The position numbers were made by a program, and so were the translations under genes. This document shows positions 23,031 through 32,757 of a stretch of DNA of 64,000 bases, one piece after another (the first letter of the stretch is position 1; each line of letters starts with the position of its first letter). Below the pieces are notes generated by a model. It was not told where the DNA came from and searched no databases. It saw nothing but the letters and a program-made list of their open reading frames with translations. The DNA is from an uncultured Planctomycetia bacterium (GTDB lineage: Bacteria > Planctomycetota > Planctomycetia > Pirellulales > Thermoguttaceae), in assembly GCA_963780045.1 (NCBI GenBank), contig CAVZZZ010000005.1, positions 743,255-807,254 on the forward strand. The letters are read 5' to 3'.

Positions 23031-24647
23031 TCACGGCCCCGGCTGCTGCTGGCAGGCGGGCGGCATGTAGGGCGGACGGGTGGTGTCAACCGGACCGACC
23101 TGGCCCACGGGCCGGTCGCAAACGAGGGTCCGGGCAGGATAGCCCAATGCCCGGTAAAGCTGGAATTGGGCGCGGTTGTAGTTGCTGACCGCGGAGTAAT
23201 AGATGCCATAGGCTCGGTTCAACTGGATGAGCGCGGCGACGGCTTCCTGTGGCCGGTTGGCCATTTGCAGCACGGGTCCGCCAAGGGGTTGGCCGATGCC
23301 CTTGAGCGTGCCGTTGAAGGTGATTGCCGACTGGTTCAAACTAGTTGCCGCCCGTTGGACTTGCACGACGGCCGCTTCGAGAGCGGCGTGGGATTGCACG
23401 ACCTCTTCGGCAACCTGATCCTGGACGGTGGCGAGGTCGATCGCGGCCCTTTGTTCTTGGGCCTCGCGCTCGTGGACGAGTGCCCGGTTGCCCGCGCCCA
23501 AGTTTTGCAGCGTCCAGACCGCGCCCATCTCCACGTCGAAGCGGCCGTCGTACGGATGGGAACCATTGTCGGGTCCGCCGCCGTAAAGGCCGCCGTTGAA
23601 GAATCCGCCCGGCCCCTCGCCTTGAACGTAGACCGAAGGCAGGAAGGGGCGATAACTTTCCTGACGGACGCGCTCGGCGGCGGCGGCTACCTGCGCCCGG
23701 TCCGAGGCCAGCTCCGGGCGATTGCTCATACCGACGGGAATCAAGTCTCCGACCGCCGCCTGCGGCGAGACGAGCGTCACTTGAAGTTGCGGCGGCTCCA
23801 GCGGCACGACCACGGCGCTGGGGTTCAATCGCAGCAGGCGGGTCAGCCGGGCGCTGCTGACCCGCCAGTTCGCCCGTGCCACCGCCACCTGCTGTTGCAG
23901 GTCCGAGAGTTCCGCCAGCGACCGGTTCACTTCGATTCCCGGCACGAGACCGCCGGCAAGTCCTCGGGTCTTTTGGGCAAGTGTCTCGCCCTTGTCCGCG
24001 GCGTCTTGCAAGCCGGCCAACACGCCGCGGGCCTGCTGCACGTCGAAGTAGGCCAACGCCACATCCAGCAGGGCATCGTTTCGCGCCGTCTCCACGTCGT
24101 ATTGCCGGGCGGCCAAATCCTGGCAGTCGGCCAGTGGCCGGAAGATGGCGTCGGTGACAGCGAAATCGGCCGTCGCTCCGGCGCCGACCGCAAAAGAATA
24201 CTTGCGGTCGTAGATCATCAGGCCGTTGGACGCTTGATCGATACCGACATGCCGGTAGTAGTCTGTGCCTGCATTGAGGTTCGGCAGCCAAAGCACCTGC
24301 GAGCCGCGGAGCCGCGCGGCCGCTTCTTCCTCGCTCGCCTGGGCCGACGCGATCACCAGCGAACGCGCATTGGAAAGATACAAGGCCGTGGCAAGATTGA
24401 TCGGCAAGGCCGCGTCGGTCGGCGCGGGCTGTGCCGGCTGGATCGCCGGCGCTTGCGGCGCTTCATTGATCATCGGCGGTCCGACGATCGCGCCCTGCCC
24501 GACGTCAGCCGAGAGAGCCGCCTGCATTTGACCGGGTGGCAGAGGCACGCCGGTCGCTGGCGGTAGCTCTTGCGACTGTTGCGCAACGGCCACGGCCGTT
24601 GTCGTGAAAACGAGCATAAGCGACATGCCGATTGAGAATTGCGACAT
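23031..24647 (-). CDS. TolC-family outer-membrane efflux protein
   Basis: Signal peptide 'MSQFSIGMSLMLVFTTTAVAVAQQ'. Two OEP-type repeats with typical 'A....A..Q.DVETARNDALLDVALAYFDVQQAR' helices. Confidence 0.8.
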   Translation of the reverse strand: MSQFSIGMSLMLVFTTTAVAVAQQSQELPPATGVPLPPGQMQAALSADVGQGAIVGPPMINEAPQAPAIQPAQPAPTDAALPINLATALYLSNARSLVIASAQASEEEAAARLRGSQVLWLPNLNAGTDYYRHVGIDQASNGLMIYDRKYSFAVGAGATADFAVTDAIFRPLADCQDLAARQYDVETARNDALLDVALAYFDVQQARGVLAGLQDAADKGETLAQKTRGLAGGLVPGIEVNRSLAELSDLQQQVAVARANWRVSSARLTRLLRLNPSAVVVPLEPPQLQVTLVSPQAAVGDLIPVGMSNRPELASDRAQVAAAAERVRQESYRPFLPSVYVQGEGPGGFFNGGLYGGGPDNGSHPYDGRFDVEMGAVWTLQNLGAGNRALVHEREAQEQRAAIDLATVQDQVAEEVVQSHAALEAAVVQVQRAATSLNQSAITFNGTLKGIGQPLGGPVLQMANRPQEAVAALIQLNRAYGIYYSAVSNYNRAQFQLYRALGYPARTLVCDRPVGQVGPVDTTRPPYMPPACQQQPGP

Positions 24648-24871
24648 ACCGCCGAGGCCGGACAGCCTTCCCCTTTTGCGATGGCAAAACTATGCCCTAT
24701 TCGTGCTACGCGTACTATTCGGATTGTATCGGAAGTGGAGAGCGCGCAATGGTCGAAATATCGCGACCATCGGCAATGCCTTCCTAGCTTGTGCGAATTA
24801 CTCAACTGTCACGAGTGCTACAATTAACGCAGGTATTCTCCCTGCACAATCCCTGGGAATCACAACGACAC

Positions 24872-26405
24872 ATGCGATGGAACCTGGCAAGCAGGTTTTC
24901 CGCCACGATCCTGGGAGTCGTTGCGCTTGCGACCGTAAGCAGTCTAATGACCTTCTATGGGGCTTGGCGCGTCAATGTCCGTCTGGGGCAGGCGGACCGA
25001 GAGAATCTTCCGCGCGTTCGGGCCGAGGAGGCGGAAGTAGCCTTGGCCGATTGCAACAAATCGCTTGCAATGTACGTTATTGACCGGACCAGCTCCTCCT
25101 GGGCGAACGATTATCATGCCTCGCAGCGCCGCTTTCAGAGCTGGTTGGAAACCGTGCGAAACCTGCCCACTACTTCGGACGACGAACTGGCGAAATTGCT
25201 GCAGAAGGAACGCCATATCTTGAAGCAATTGGAAGAAAAATGGGCAGAAGTTGACACCCAACGCGACAGAGCAATATCGCTATGCAATAACGGGGAAGTG
25301 GACAAGGCAAAAGCGCTTCTGCGAGATATTGACGCCGGCGCTTCCGTCGAAATCCGCGGCTTATGCGACCAATTGATTTCGCTTCAGGAACAGTACAGCA
25401 AGGATATCATGTTGCGCCAGCCGGCGCATTCGCATCACGACGTGGGTGGTCGGCATATCCGGCGGCTTGACGCTGCTGTTGGGCGGTTTTCTTCTTTGGC
25501 TCTTCTTTTATCGCGTGCTGGTGCCGTTGCGCGGCATGGTTGCGGAAGTGCATATCTACCGCGGAAATCCCCAGGAACACGACAATGGCGCGGTGGAGGA
25601 CGAAATGCACATCATGGGCGGCTACCTGCGCAATTTGATGTCGGAGGTCACCGATTCGCGTTCGCGACTGGAGCGAGGCCGCGATCGTCTCCTCGTGGCG
25701 GAGAAGCTCGCCTCCGTGGGCAAACTGGCCGCCAGCGTCGCCCATGAAATCCGCAATCCGCTGACGGCGATGAAGATGTGGCTGTTTTCGATCCACGAAA
25801 TGGCCCGCGGGAATAAGGAGATGGTCCGCAGGCTGGGCATAGTTTCAGAGGAAATCGCGAGGCTGGAGCACATCGTCCGCGATTTTCTGGAGTTCTCGCG
25901 TCCGCCCGTGCCGCAGTGCAGTCCCCGGGACGTCGGCACGGTAATTGACGAGACGCTAAAATTGCTTGAGCCGCGCCTGCAGTGGGGCAAAGTGCGAGTT
26001 GTCCGCATGGCGCGTGGCGCACTGCCGCCGGTCATCGTCGATGCCAGCCAACTGAAGCAAGTCCTGCTCAATCTGCTGGGCAATGCCGTGGATGCCATGC
26101 CTTGCGGCGGCGAAATCCAGATTTCTTCTGCCAAGGAAACAAATGCCGACGGGCATCCTATGGTGGTTGTGCGAATCTCCGATACGGGGACCGGAGTGCC
26201 CCCGGACATACAGCCTCGTATCTTTGAGCCTTTTTTCAGCACGAAGGAAAGCGGCACGGGGCTGGGGCTGAGCATTGCGGCGCAGGTGATGAACCACCAT
26301 GGCGGCACCCTCGTGCTGGAATCTTCCACGGATAAAGGGACTACGTTTGCGGTCTGGTTGCCCATCGCTCCAAAGGACGCTCATGCCGAAGATTCTCATA
26401 GTTGA
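24872..26405 (+). pseudogene. NtrB-like sensor histidine kinase (one frame break near 25405-25415 as given)
   Basis: The N-terminal TM and helical sensor are in track ORF 24791..25747. TM2, HisKA ('LAASVAHEIRNPLTAM') and HATPase_c ('NLLGNAVDAM', 'DTGTGV', 'GTGLGLSIA') are in ORF 25446..26405. The join reads 'DIMLRQ|RRIRITTWVVGISGGL'. Confidence 0.85.
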
Positions 26406-27783
26406 CGACGAACAGAATGTGCAGCGGGCATTCGAGGAAATCCTTTCCGCGCGGGGGCACGAAGTCGCTTCCGTCCGCGGGGCGGAAGACGCGATGCGCC
26501 GTCTGAAGGATGCCGAATTCGATTTGGTAATTCTCGACATCTGCCTGCCGGGGATGAACGGCTTGGACGCGCTAGCTCAGATCAAGCAGATACGGCCGAT
26601 GCTGCCCGTAATCGTCATGACCGGCCAGAGCACAACCGACAACGCCATCGAAGCCACGAAACGAGGGGCATTCGACTACCAGCTAAAGCCCTTCGAGCCG
26701 GCAGAGATGCTGCAGACCATTGCCAAGGCCCTGGAGGCGTACCGGCTGATGAAGGGCCGCCTGGAGTTGGGTCCGGAGACGGCGAAGGCCTCGAACGACG
26801 CCATCGTCGGGCAAAGTCCGGCCATGCAACAGCTCTACAAGGCGATCGGCCGCGTGGCGGCTACGGACGCGACAGTGCTCATCCGTGGCGAGTCGGGTAC
26901 GGGCAAGGAGCTGGTGGCACGCGCGATTTATCAGCACAGCCGGCGAAACGAAAAGCCGCTAGTGGTCGTGAACTGCGCGGCAATCCCCGAAACCTTGCTG
27001 GAAAGCGAGCTTTTCGGCTACGAGCCGGGCGCCTTCACCGGCGCCACGACGCGGAGGATCGGAAAGTTCGAGCAGGCCCGCCGCGGCACGATCTTTTTGG
27101 ACGAGATCGGCGACATCCCTTTGAGCGTGCAGGCCAAAATCCTGCGAGTCCTGCAAGACGGCACGTTCGAACGCCTGGGGAGCAATGCCGTGCTTCAATC
27201 GGACGCGCGAGTCCTGTGCGCCACCAATCGCGATCTCGAGCAAGCCATGGCGGCGGGTCACTTTCGCGAAGACCTCTACCATCGCCTCAACGTGGTGACC
27301 TTGCTCTTGCCGCCCCTTCGCGAGCGGCGCGAGGATATTCCGCGACTCGTCGACTACTTTCTCAGCCGACATTCGAGGACTGCCGGCGTGGAAAAACCGC
27401 CGTTGGCCCCCGAAGCGCTGGACGCGCTGGTGAACTACACGTGGCCCGGCAACGTGCGCGAGTTGGAGCATCTCGTTCAACGCCTAATCATATTCACCGC
27501 CGGCTATACGATCCAGGCTGAGGACCTCTTGCCCGCCATGAGAAGCGACCCGCAATTGGCCGCATCTCCCACGGGAGAGGACCAGTGGCTGAATCTGATT
27601 CAAGCGCATCTTTCCGGCCATGAGGGAGGGCGGGCCGGCGAGGAATTGCTGGAGCAGGTCGAAAAGCTAATGATCGGCGAAGCCCTGCGGCGTTCGCAAG
27701 GCAATCAGACGCAGGCTGCCCGCCTGTTGGGAATGCCGCGTCCCACCCTGCACGCCAGGATGCAGAAATACGGGCTGCTTTGA
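26383..27783 (+). CDS. sigma54-dependent response regulator (NtrC family enhancer-binding protein)
   Basis: Receiver domain ('ILIVDDEQ', 'LVILDICLPGMNG'). AAA+ module with 'GESGTGKE' and an intact 'GAFTGA'. C-terminal HTH 'NQTQAARLLGMPRPTLHARMQKYGL'. It overlaps the HK stop by 23 nt. Confidence 0.9.
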   Translation: MPKILIVDDEQNVQRAFEEILSARGHEVASVRGAEDAMRRLKDAEFDLVILDICLPGMNGLDALAQIKQIRPMLPVIVMTGQSTTDNAIEATKRGAFDYQLKPFEPAEMLQTIAKALEAYRLMKGRLELGPETAKASNDAIVGQSPAMQQLYKAIGRVAATDATVLIRGESGTGKELVARAIYQHSRRNEKPLVVVNCAAIPETLLESELFGYEPGAFTGATTRRIGKFEQARRGTIFLDEIGDIPLSVQAKILRVLQDGTFERLGSNAVLQSDARVLCATNRDLEQAMAAGHFREDLYHRLNVVTLLLPPLRERREDIPRLVDYFLSRHSRTAGVEKPPLAPEALDALVNYTWPGNVRELEHLVQRLIIFTAGYTIQAEDLLPAMRSDPQLAASPTGEDQWLNLIQAHLSGHEGGRAGEELLEQVEKLMIGEALRRSQGNQTQAARLLGMPRPTLHARMQKYGLL

Positions 27784-27792
27784 CGCGAGGGC

Positions 27793-29244
27793 TTAGAGCG
27801 CTTGCCCTTGTGGAGCCGCGGCAAGCCGCGGAGGCGTGAGCGGTGCGTTCGAGCCGAGTTGCTTGAGATAATGCGCTGCCAGCGTATCACCGGGCGAGAG
27901 CTTGGCCACGACGGCAAACTCCGCTTCCGCATTCTGCGCGCACCCATCATCGAAAAGTGATACCCCAGCAGAAAGTGCTCCGCTGCGGAGCCTGGGTTGG
28001 CCGCCGCGGCCTTTTCCAGCGCCCGCAATTGGGACGTGTATTTTTTTACGTCTTCGTAATAGCGATAGAGATTCTTCCACTCAGCTATGGGTCCCATCGC
28101 CATCGCCGCATGCGCCTCGCTGGCGGCTGCCTGGTAGTTACCCAAAGCGAACAGCGCCAGCGAAATCAGTTCATGCACCCTGGGGTTTCCGGGCGCGTCC
28201 AGCTCCGCATGGGCCGCCTGCCGCAGCGCGTCTTGGTAATCGCCCTGCAGGAATGCGGCGCGGGCTGCGGAATAATAGCTGAGAGCGTCGTTGCCTCCCT
28301 CCTCTCCCGCGGCGGTCGTCGGCGCTGGGTGGGGAGGGACCGTTGCCTCTTCCGAGGCCGCGCCGGGAACGACCCCCGCGCTACCGTTCGAATAAGACGA
28401 ATAATAACTGTCCGGCGAGTAGGAATCGTCGTAGTAGCCGCCGTTTGGCGCATAATAGTTGCCGAGCGCAGGATTATAGCCGCCGTCCGCATAATAATTC
28501 ACGGTGGGATAGTAACTGCTGTCGACATAGTAATCGGCACTGGGATAGTAACCGTAGAGAGAATAGACGTAAGGATATCCCCAACTCCAGTCCCATCCGC
28601 CGTACCAAGGCGCGTAGCCGCCATACCCGGGCCAGCCTCCGCCCGATCCCCAACCGCCCCATCCTGATCCGCCCCATCCCCAGCCGCCCGCGTAGCCGCG
28701 GTTGAAGTAATTGCCCCAGCCATTGCGGCCATACCAAGCACCGCGGCCGCCGTACCAATTGCCGCGTGCCGCGCCATTGAATCCGCCATGAAACCCGTCC
28801 AGTCCCCGCGCGGCAAAGCCGCCGTTGTACCGACTGGCCGAGAAGGCGGCGCCGGTGCGCGCGAATTGCCCGCCGCCCCGACCAGAGGAGGCAGCGGCGA
28901 AGCCGCGTGCGCCGCCGTTTAACCCGGCGCCTCCAAAGCCGCCTGGGTGTCCGCCGGCAAAACCGGGATGCCCGCCGGAAAACGCCGCATGACCGCCAGC
29001 AAAGCCCGCATGACCACCGCCAAACCCAGTACCAGCCCCGCCAAACCCAGCGTGGCCGCCGCCGTGCGCACCGCCGAATCCTGCATGCCCGCCGCCGAAG
29101 CTGCTGGCGTGACCTCCGCCTCCATGTCCGCCCCCGCCTCCATGTCCGCCTCCGCCTCCGCGGGCGGCAATCGCCGGGCTTGCGGAGCGCTGCCAGAAGC
29201 GTGGCGAGAATCAATGCTGTTCGCAATTGTGATCTCGCTGACAT
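27793..29244 (-). pseudogene. secreted Gly/His/Tyr/Trp-rich low-complexity protein with conserved TPR-like C-terminal domain, paralogue 1 (two frame breaks as given)
   Basis: The signal peptide 'MSARSQLRTALILATLLAAL' lies in one frame. The next frame is open through 'ARGGGGGHGGGGGHGGGGHASSFGGGHAGFGG...WGWGGSGWGGWGSGGGWPGYGGYAPWYGGWDWSWGYPYVY...' into track ORF 27705..28502. The C-terminus continues in ORF 27793..28080 ('NAEAEFAVVAKLSPGDTLAAHYLKQL'), colinear with paralogue 2. The breaks are near 29170-29185 and 27944-27950. Confidence 0.75.
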
Positions 29245-29290
29245 GGTTGTTCTCTCGTTAATTCCTCATTCCCTTGATAGGTTTCGCAGG

Positions 29291-29809
29291 TCATCGCCGT
29301 TCGCCAGGTAGCGTTCGGGATGCGATCGGTACGGGTTTCGGCGGATTGGTTACGGTTCGCTCCGCGTTCACCCAAATGCCGTTTTCCCACCTCATCCAAC
29401 TATTGTCGGGCATCTGGTAGAACCATTTGCCGTTGGCATAACGATAGTGCGGATCACTGACGACCTCGCGGCCCGCGCTGGGCTGAGTCGCGATAAAGGT
29501 TGCGAGTTCATAGCGCGAGTTCACATCGAAACTCGGCGCATAGTAATACTCCTGAGCATCGTGCTGCGCCTGGCCAACGGCAAAAATGTTGATTCCGCTT
29601 GGAACAGCGGCTGCGTCCGGCCCTGCCGGCTCGAATTGACCCTGGCCGACACCGGCCGCGTAACTGTAGCCGCCTCCGAACAAGAGGCCGCCGCGAGTGT
29701 CTGCCTCATGCTCTCCCTGACCGACGCCTCGCGCCATGACATTGCATGTGAGAGACGCCAGAAACGCAGCTACAACCGCGACTAATCCGACCGATTTTGA
29801 GTACCACAT
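29291..29809 (-). CDS. small secreted protein of unknown function
   Basis: Signal/anchor 'MWYSKSVGLVAVVAAFLASLTCNVMA'. The C-terminus is aromatic-rich ('HYRYANGKWFYQMPDNSWMRWENGIWV'). It sits between the two Gly-rich paralogues with 46-nt and 70-nt gaps. Confidence 0.65.
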   Translation of the reverse strand: MWYSKSVGLVAVVAAFLASLTCNVMARGVGQGEHEADTRGGLLFGGGYSYAAGVGQGQFEPAGPDAAAVPSGINIFAVGQAQHDAQEYYYAPSFDVNSRYELATFIATQPSAGREVVSDPHYRYANGKWFYQMPDNSWMRWENGIWVNAERTVTNPPKPVPIASRTLPGERR

Positions 29810-29879
29810 AAGTCACCTCCGTTAAAAAGTTGCTTGCCACAGTTGCGAAGACCGGCCCATCGTTTTCTCAGTTCAGCGC

Positions 29880-31154
29880 TCAGCGCACCTGCCCCTTCGG
29901 AGTGGCGGCAGACTGCGGTTTTGCGGCCGTTTGCGGCGGCGCGGTGATTCGCGGCGGCGTGAGCGGCTGGTTCGCTTTCAACTCCGCGAGATAATGGGCC
30001 GCCAGCTTGTCCTTGGGCGTCAACTTAGCGGCTTCGGCGAATTGCGACTGAGCGTTGGGACGCGCGCCGATCATCAGGTCCTGATAGCCCAGCAGGAAGT
30101 GATCGGCGGCCGATTTGGGATTGTCCGACGAGGCCTTCTCCAGCGCCCTCAGTTGAGTCGTGTACTTGTTCACATCGTCGTAATAGCCGTAGAGGTCGTT
30201 CCAATCGGCAACCGATCCCATCGCCAATTCGGCGTGGGCCTCGCTGGCTGCGGGGCCATACTTGCCCGACGCGAACAGCGCCAGTGACAGCAACTCGTGG
30301 ACCTTGGCATTGCCCGGCGCGTCGATCTCGGCGTGCGCGCCCATCCTTAGGGCATTCGCGTAGTCGCCTTGCAGGAAGTAGTCGCGGGCCTGCTCATAAT
30401 ACTGCTCGCCTTCGCTGGCGGCCTGCTGTTGATCTTCCGGAATAGTCGCGGCCGTCTGCGGCGCGGTCTCCGCGACGTTGCCGCCGGTTTGAGCGTACGG
30501 GTAGTAATCGTAGCCATAATCGGTGTAAGGACTTTGGTAGTTGTAGGCGTAGTCGCTGTACGGATAGTAGTCATAGCCCGAGTACGCATACGGATAGCCC
30601 CAACCCCAATCCCACAAGCCGTACCAAGGCCAGAAACCGCCCAAGCCGTAACCGTATCCGCCGTACCCACCGTACCCCCCGTACCCGTTGTAGCCGTGCC
30701 GGCCGTAAAAGCCGTGTTTGTAGTAATTGCCATAGCGGCCGTAGTTGCCGAAGTTGCCGTGATTGAAGCCGGTGCCGGCGAAGGAGTTGAACTGGTGATT
30801 TCCACTGAAGCCGCCGGCGGCGCCAAAATTACCGCTGTGGACAGTGGGGGAGGCGAAGCTTCTGGCGCCGCTGTAGCCGGAAAAACCAGAGTAGCCTCGG
30901 CCGCTAAAACCGCCGAAGCTGCCTCCGCGCCACCCACCACCAAATCCGCCGCCGCCAAATCCTCCGCCATGAAACCCGCCACCGCCAAAACCGCCGCCGC
31001 CAAATCCACCGCCGTGGCCTCCGCCGCCTCCTCCGCCGTGCCCTCCGCCCCCTCCGCCGCCACCATGCGCCGACGAAGTCGCGGGAGCAATGCAAAGCGC
31101 CAGCAACAACGTGGCGACGATCGATGCTGTTCGGAAAAACGTCTTGACCAACAT
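29880..31154 (-). CDS. secreted Gly/His/Tyr/Trp-rich low-complexity protein with TPR-like C-terminal domain, paralogue 2
   Basis: ATG 31154 is preceded by SD 'GAAGGAGG'. Signal peptide 'MLVKTFFRTASIVATLLLALCIAPATSSA'. Next comes 'HGGGGGGGGHGGGGGGGHGGGFGGGGF...YGGYGGYGGYGYGLGGFWPWYGLWDWGWGYPYAYSGYDYYPY'. The C-terminal ~170 aa are conserved with paralogue 1 ('FLQGDY..AL', 'DAPGN.KVHEL.SLALFA', 'QLRALEKA', 'HFLLGY'). Confidence 0.85.
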   Translation of the reverse strand: MLVKTFFRTASIVATLLLALCIAPATSSAHGGGGGGGGHGGGGGGGHGGGFGGGGFGGGGFHGGGFGGGGFGGGWRGGSFGGFSGRGYSGFSGYSGARSFASPTVHSGNFGAAGGFSGNHQFNSFAGTGFNHGNFGNYGRYGNYYKHGFYGRHGYNGYGGYGGYGGYGYGLGGFWPWYGLWDWGWGYPYAYSGYDYYPYSDYAYNYQSPYTDYGYDYYPYAQTGGNVAETAPQTAATIPEDQQQAASEGEQYYEQARDYFLQGDYANALRMGAHAEIDAPGNAKVHELLSLALFASGKYGPAASEAHAELAMGSVADWNDLYGYYDDVNKYTTQLRALEKASSDNPKSAADHFLLGYQDLMIGARPNAQSQFAEAAKLTPKDKLAAHYLAELKANQPLTPPRITAPPQTAAKPQSAATPKGQVR

Positions 31155-31204
31155 AAAGTGCCTCCTTCGATGTTTCCAGTTCTTGCCAACCGCAATAAAA
31201 GGGG

Positions 31205-31220
31205 TGCAAACATCGTGCCT
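31205..31220 (-). promoter_or_regulatory. sigma54 promoter (-24 GG / -12 GC)
   Basis: The minus strand reads aGGCACGatgtTTGCA, against consensus TGGCACG-N4-TTGCA, with exact GG-N10-GC spacing. It lies ~50 nt upstream of ATG 31154. Confidence 0.7.
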
Positions 31221-31581
31221 CTGAACGCGAATCCAGCGACGGGGCAATCTTCAACGCAGGCCGCTGCCGCGGTCAATTTCCGCGTGCATGTCAGTCCATT
31301 TCGCGACTGCCGGCGTCGAATTCCTGACAGTGGCAGGCGTCCCAACAGGCCGGTTCCAAGGCTGGGCTCGCAAAACCGCCAGGATCAGGCACTTTGCGAT
31401 GTTCTGGCTCGATTTCCACGGGTCTGGCGCAGGATATGCTACCCCAATGTGAAAAAATGCCGGGAGGGTCATCGTTCGAGGTTGATCCGATCGATCGGCG
31501 AGCGGTAGGGACTGGGCTGAAGATTGAGCGCGAGGAACGCGAGGTAACGGACGTCTCAACATTGAAGGGGCTGATACGGTA

Positions 31582-32004
31582 ATGAAGACGATACTCCTGG
31601 CCGACGACGACAAGAACATCCGCCAGTACTGCCGCGACGCGTTGGCCGATGAAGGATACCGCGTCCTCCAGGCTGAGGACGGCGCCGAAGCCGTCTGGCA
31701 GTGCATGATCGAGTCGCCAGACCTAGTAGTCCTGGACGTTGCCATGCCGCGAACCAACGGACTGGAAGCTCTGGAACTGATCAAGCAGCTTTCCCCTCCG
31801 ACCCCGGTGGTCCTTTTCACGTCGCACGGGGATTGTCTGATCGACCGCCGCGCGCGGTTGGCTGCGGCGTGCGTCGAGAAGAGCGGCGACTTGACCGAAT
31901 TGAAGCGGACGGTCGTACAGGTGCTCAGGGAGCGGGCGCCAGAAAGCAGCGAGTCGCTCCGCATGGGAATGCCGCCGTTTCCGCCGAGACTTGAGCGCGC
32001 CTGA
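31582..32004 (+). CDS. single-domain CheY-like response regulator
   Basis: 'ILLADDDKNIR', phospho-acceptor context 'DLVVLDVAMPRTNG', 'PVVLFTSHG'. Confidence 0.85.
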   Translation: MKTILLADDDKNIRQYCRDALADEGYRVLQAEDGAEAVWQCMIESPDLVVLDVAMPRTNGLEALELIKQLSPPTPVVLFTSHGDCLIDRRARLAAACVEKSGDLTELKRTVVQVLRERAPESSESLRMGMPPFPPRLERA

Positions 32005-32056
32005 TGGCCGCGCAGCGATCTGGCTTGTTGTAATCACACGTCGAAAGAACATCGCC

Positions 32057-32584
32057 ATGCTTGTGTTAACGCGAAAAACCGGCCAACGGATTGTTTTGCC
32101 CAAGCTGGGTATCACGATCGACGTCGTAGATGTGAGCCGGACGCGAGTACGACTTGGAATTGCCGCGCCCTCCGAAGTTCCCATTCAACGCCGGGAGGCC
32201 CGGGACCGGCGCGCCGCCGCCAAACAACCGCCGTTGGCAGGACGCGACGGCGAGCGGGAACGTGGAACAGTGGCCGGAATGGGCGAGGCTTCTGGAGGTA
32301 CTGGCAAAGAACCTGGTGATCTCGATCTTTTGTTGACGCAACGAATTCTCCAACGCACACGAGGCCGCATTAGCGGACTTTCCGTGCAAACTCGTGACGG
32401 CCAAATCGTCGTCCGGGGCCATGCACGGTCCCGCTTCGCCCGACGATTGGCTCTCGCTGCAGTGCAAGAGGTCGTCAATATTTGTAATCGGCCCAAAAGC
32501 TCGGTGGGGTTCGAGATTGACGTCGGGCGGTATTATTGGCGATCCGCCGGTCATACGAGGGGGCTCACGAGATTTCCGGGGTAG
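32057..32584 (+). CDS. csrA: CsrA-family RNA-binding regulator with ~125-aa C-terminal extension (BON-like segment)
   Basis: 'MLVLTRKTGQRIVLPKLGITIDVVDVSRTRVRLGIAAPSEVPIQRRE' is colinear with the whole ~50-aa CsrA fold. The extension contains 'ISGLSVQTRDGQIVVRGHARSRFARRLALAAVQEV'. The track ORF starts at TTG 31991, but ATG 32057 matches the canonical CsrA start. Confidence 0.75.
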   Translation: MLVLTRKTGQRIVLPKLGITIDVVDVSRTRVRLGIAAPSEVPIQRREARDRRAAAKQPPLAGRDGERERGTVAGMGEASGGTGKEPGDLDLLLTQRILQRTRGRISGLSVQTRDGQIVVRGHARSRFARRLALAAVQEVVNICNRPKSSVGFEIDVGRYYWRSAGHTRGLTRFPG

Positions 32585-32757
32585 CCCCATTCTACTCCTC
32601 TTTCGGGCTGTATCGAATTTGCAGGTGCAATGAGCCGGAAACACCACGCAACCTATATTTCTCAGTGTCTTCCCGGCGAGGCAATGCCCGCAGATGTTAG
32701 TTTTTTCAGCTTCCACAATGACCGAAGCCGTCTGCCGCGACGACATATAATCGGAAT

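Noticed and set aside
22986-24566. 526-aa plus-strand ORF (also 41860..43164 and 51650..52549)
   Set aside because: They lie antisense to the TolC-like, kinase and TPR genes respectively. Their composition is the same GC-skewed artefact.
28474-29244. 256-aa Arg/Trp-rich ORF (RRRRTWRRGRTWRRR...)
   Set aside because: It is an out-of-frame reading of the Gly-rich coding region. Only its first ~20 codons (signal peptide) are likely real. The adjacent frame encodes a sequence colinear with paralogue 2.
28520-31090. GGC/GGN-rich tracts resembling microsatellites
   Set aside because: They are in-frame glycine codons of the two secreted low-complexity proteins and are imperfect at the DNA level.
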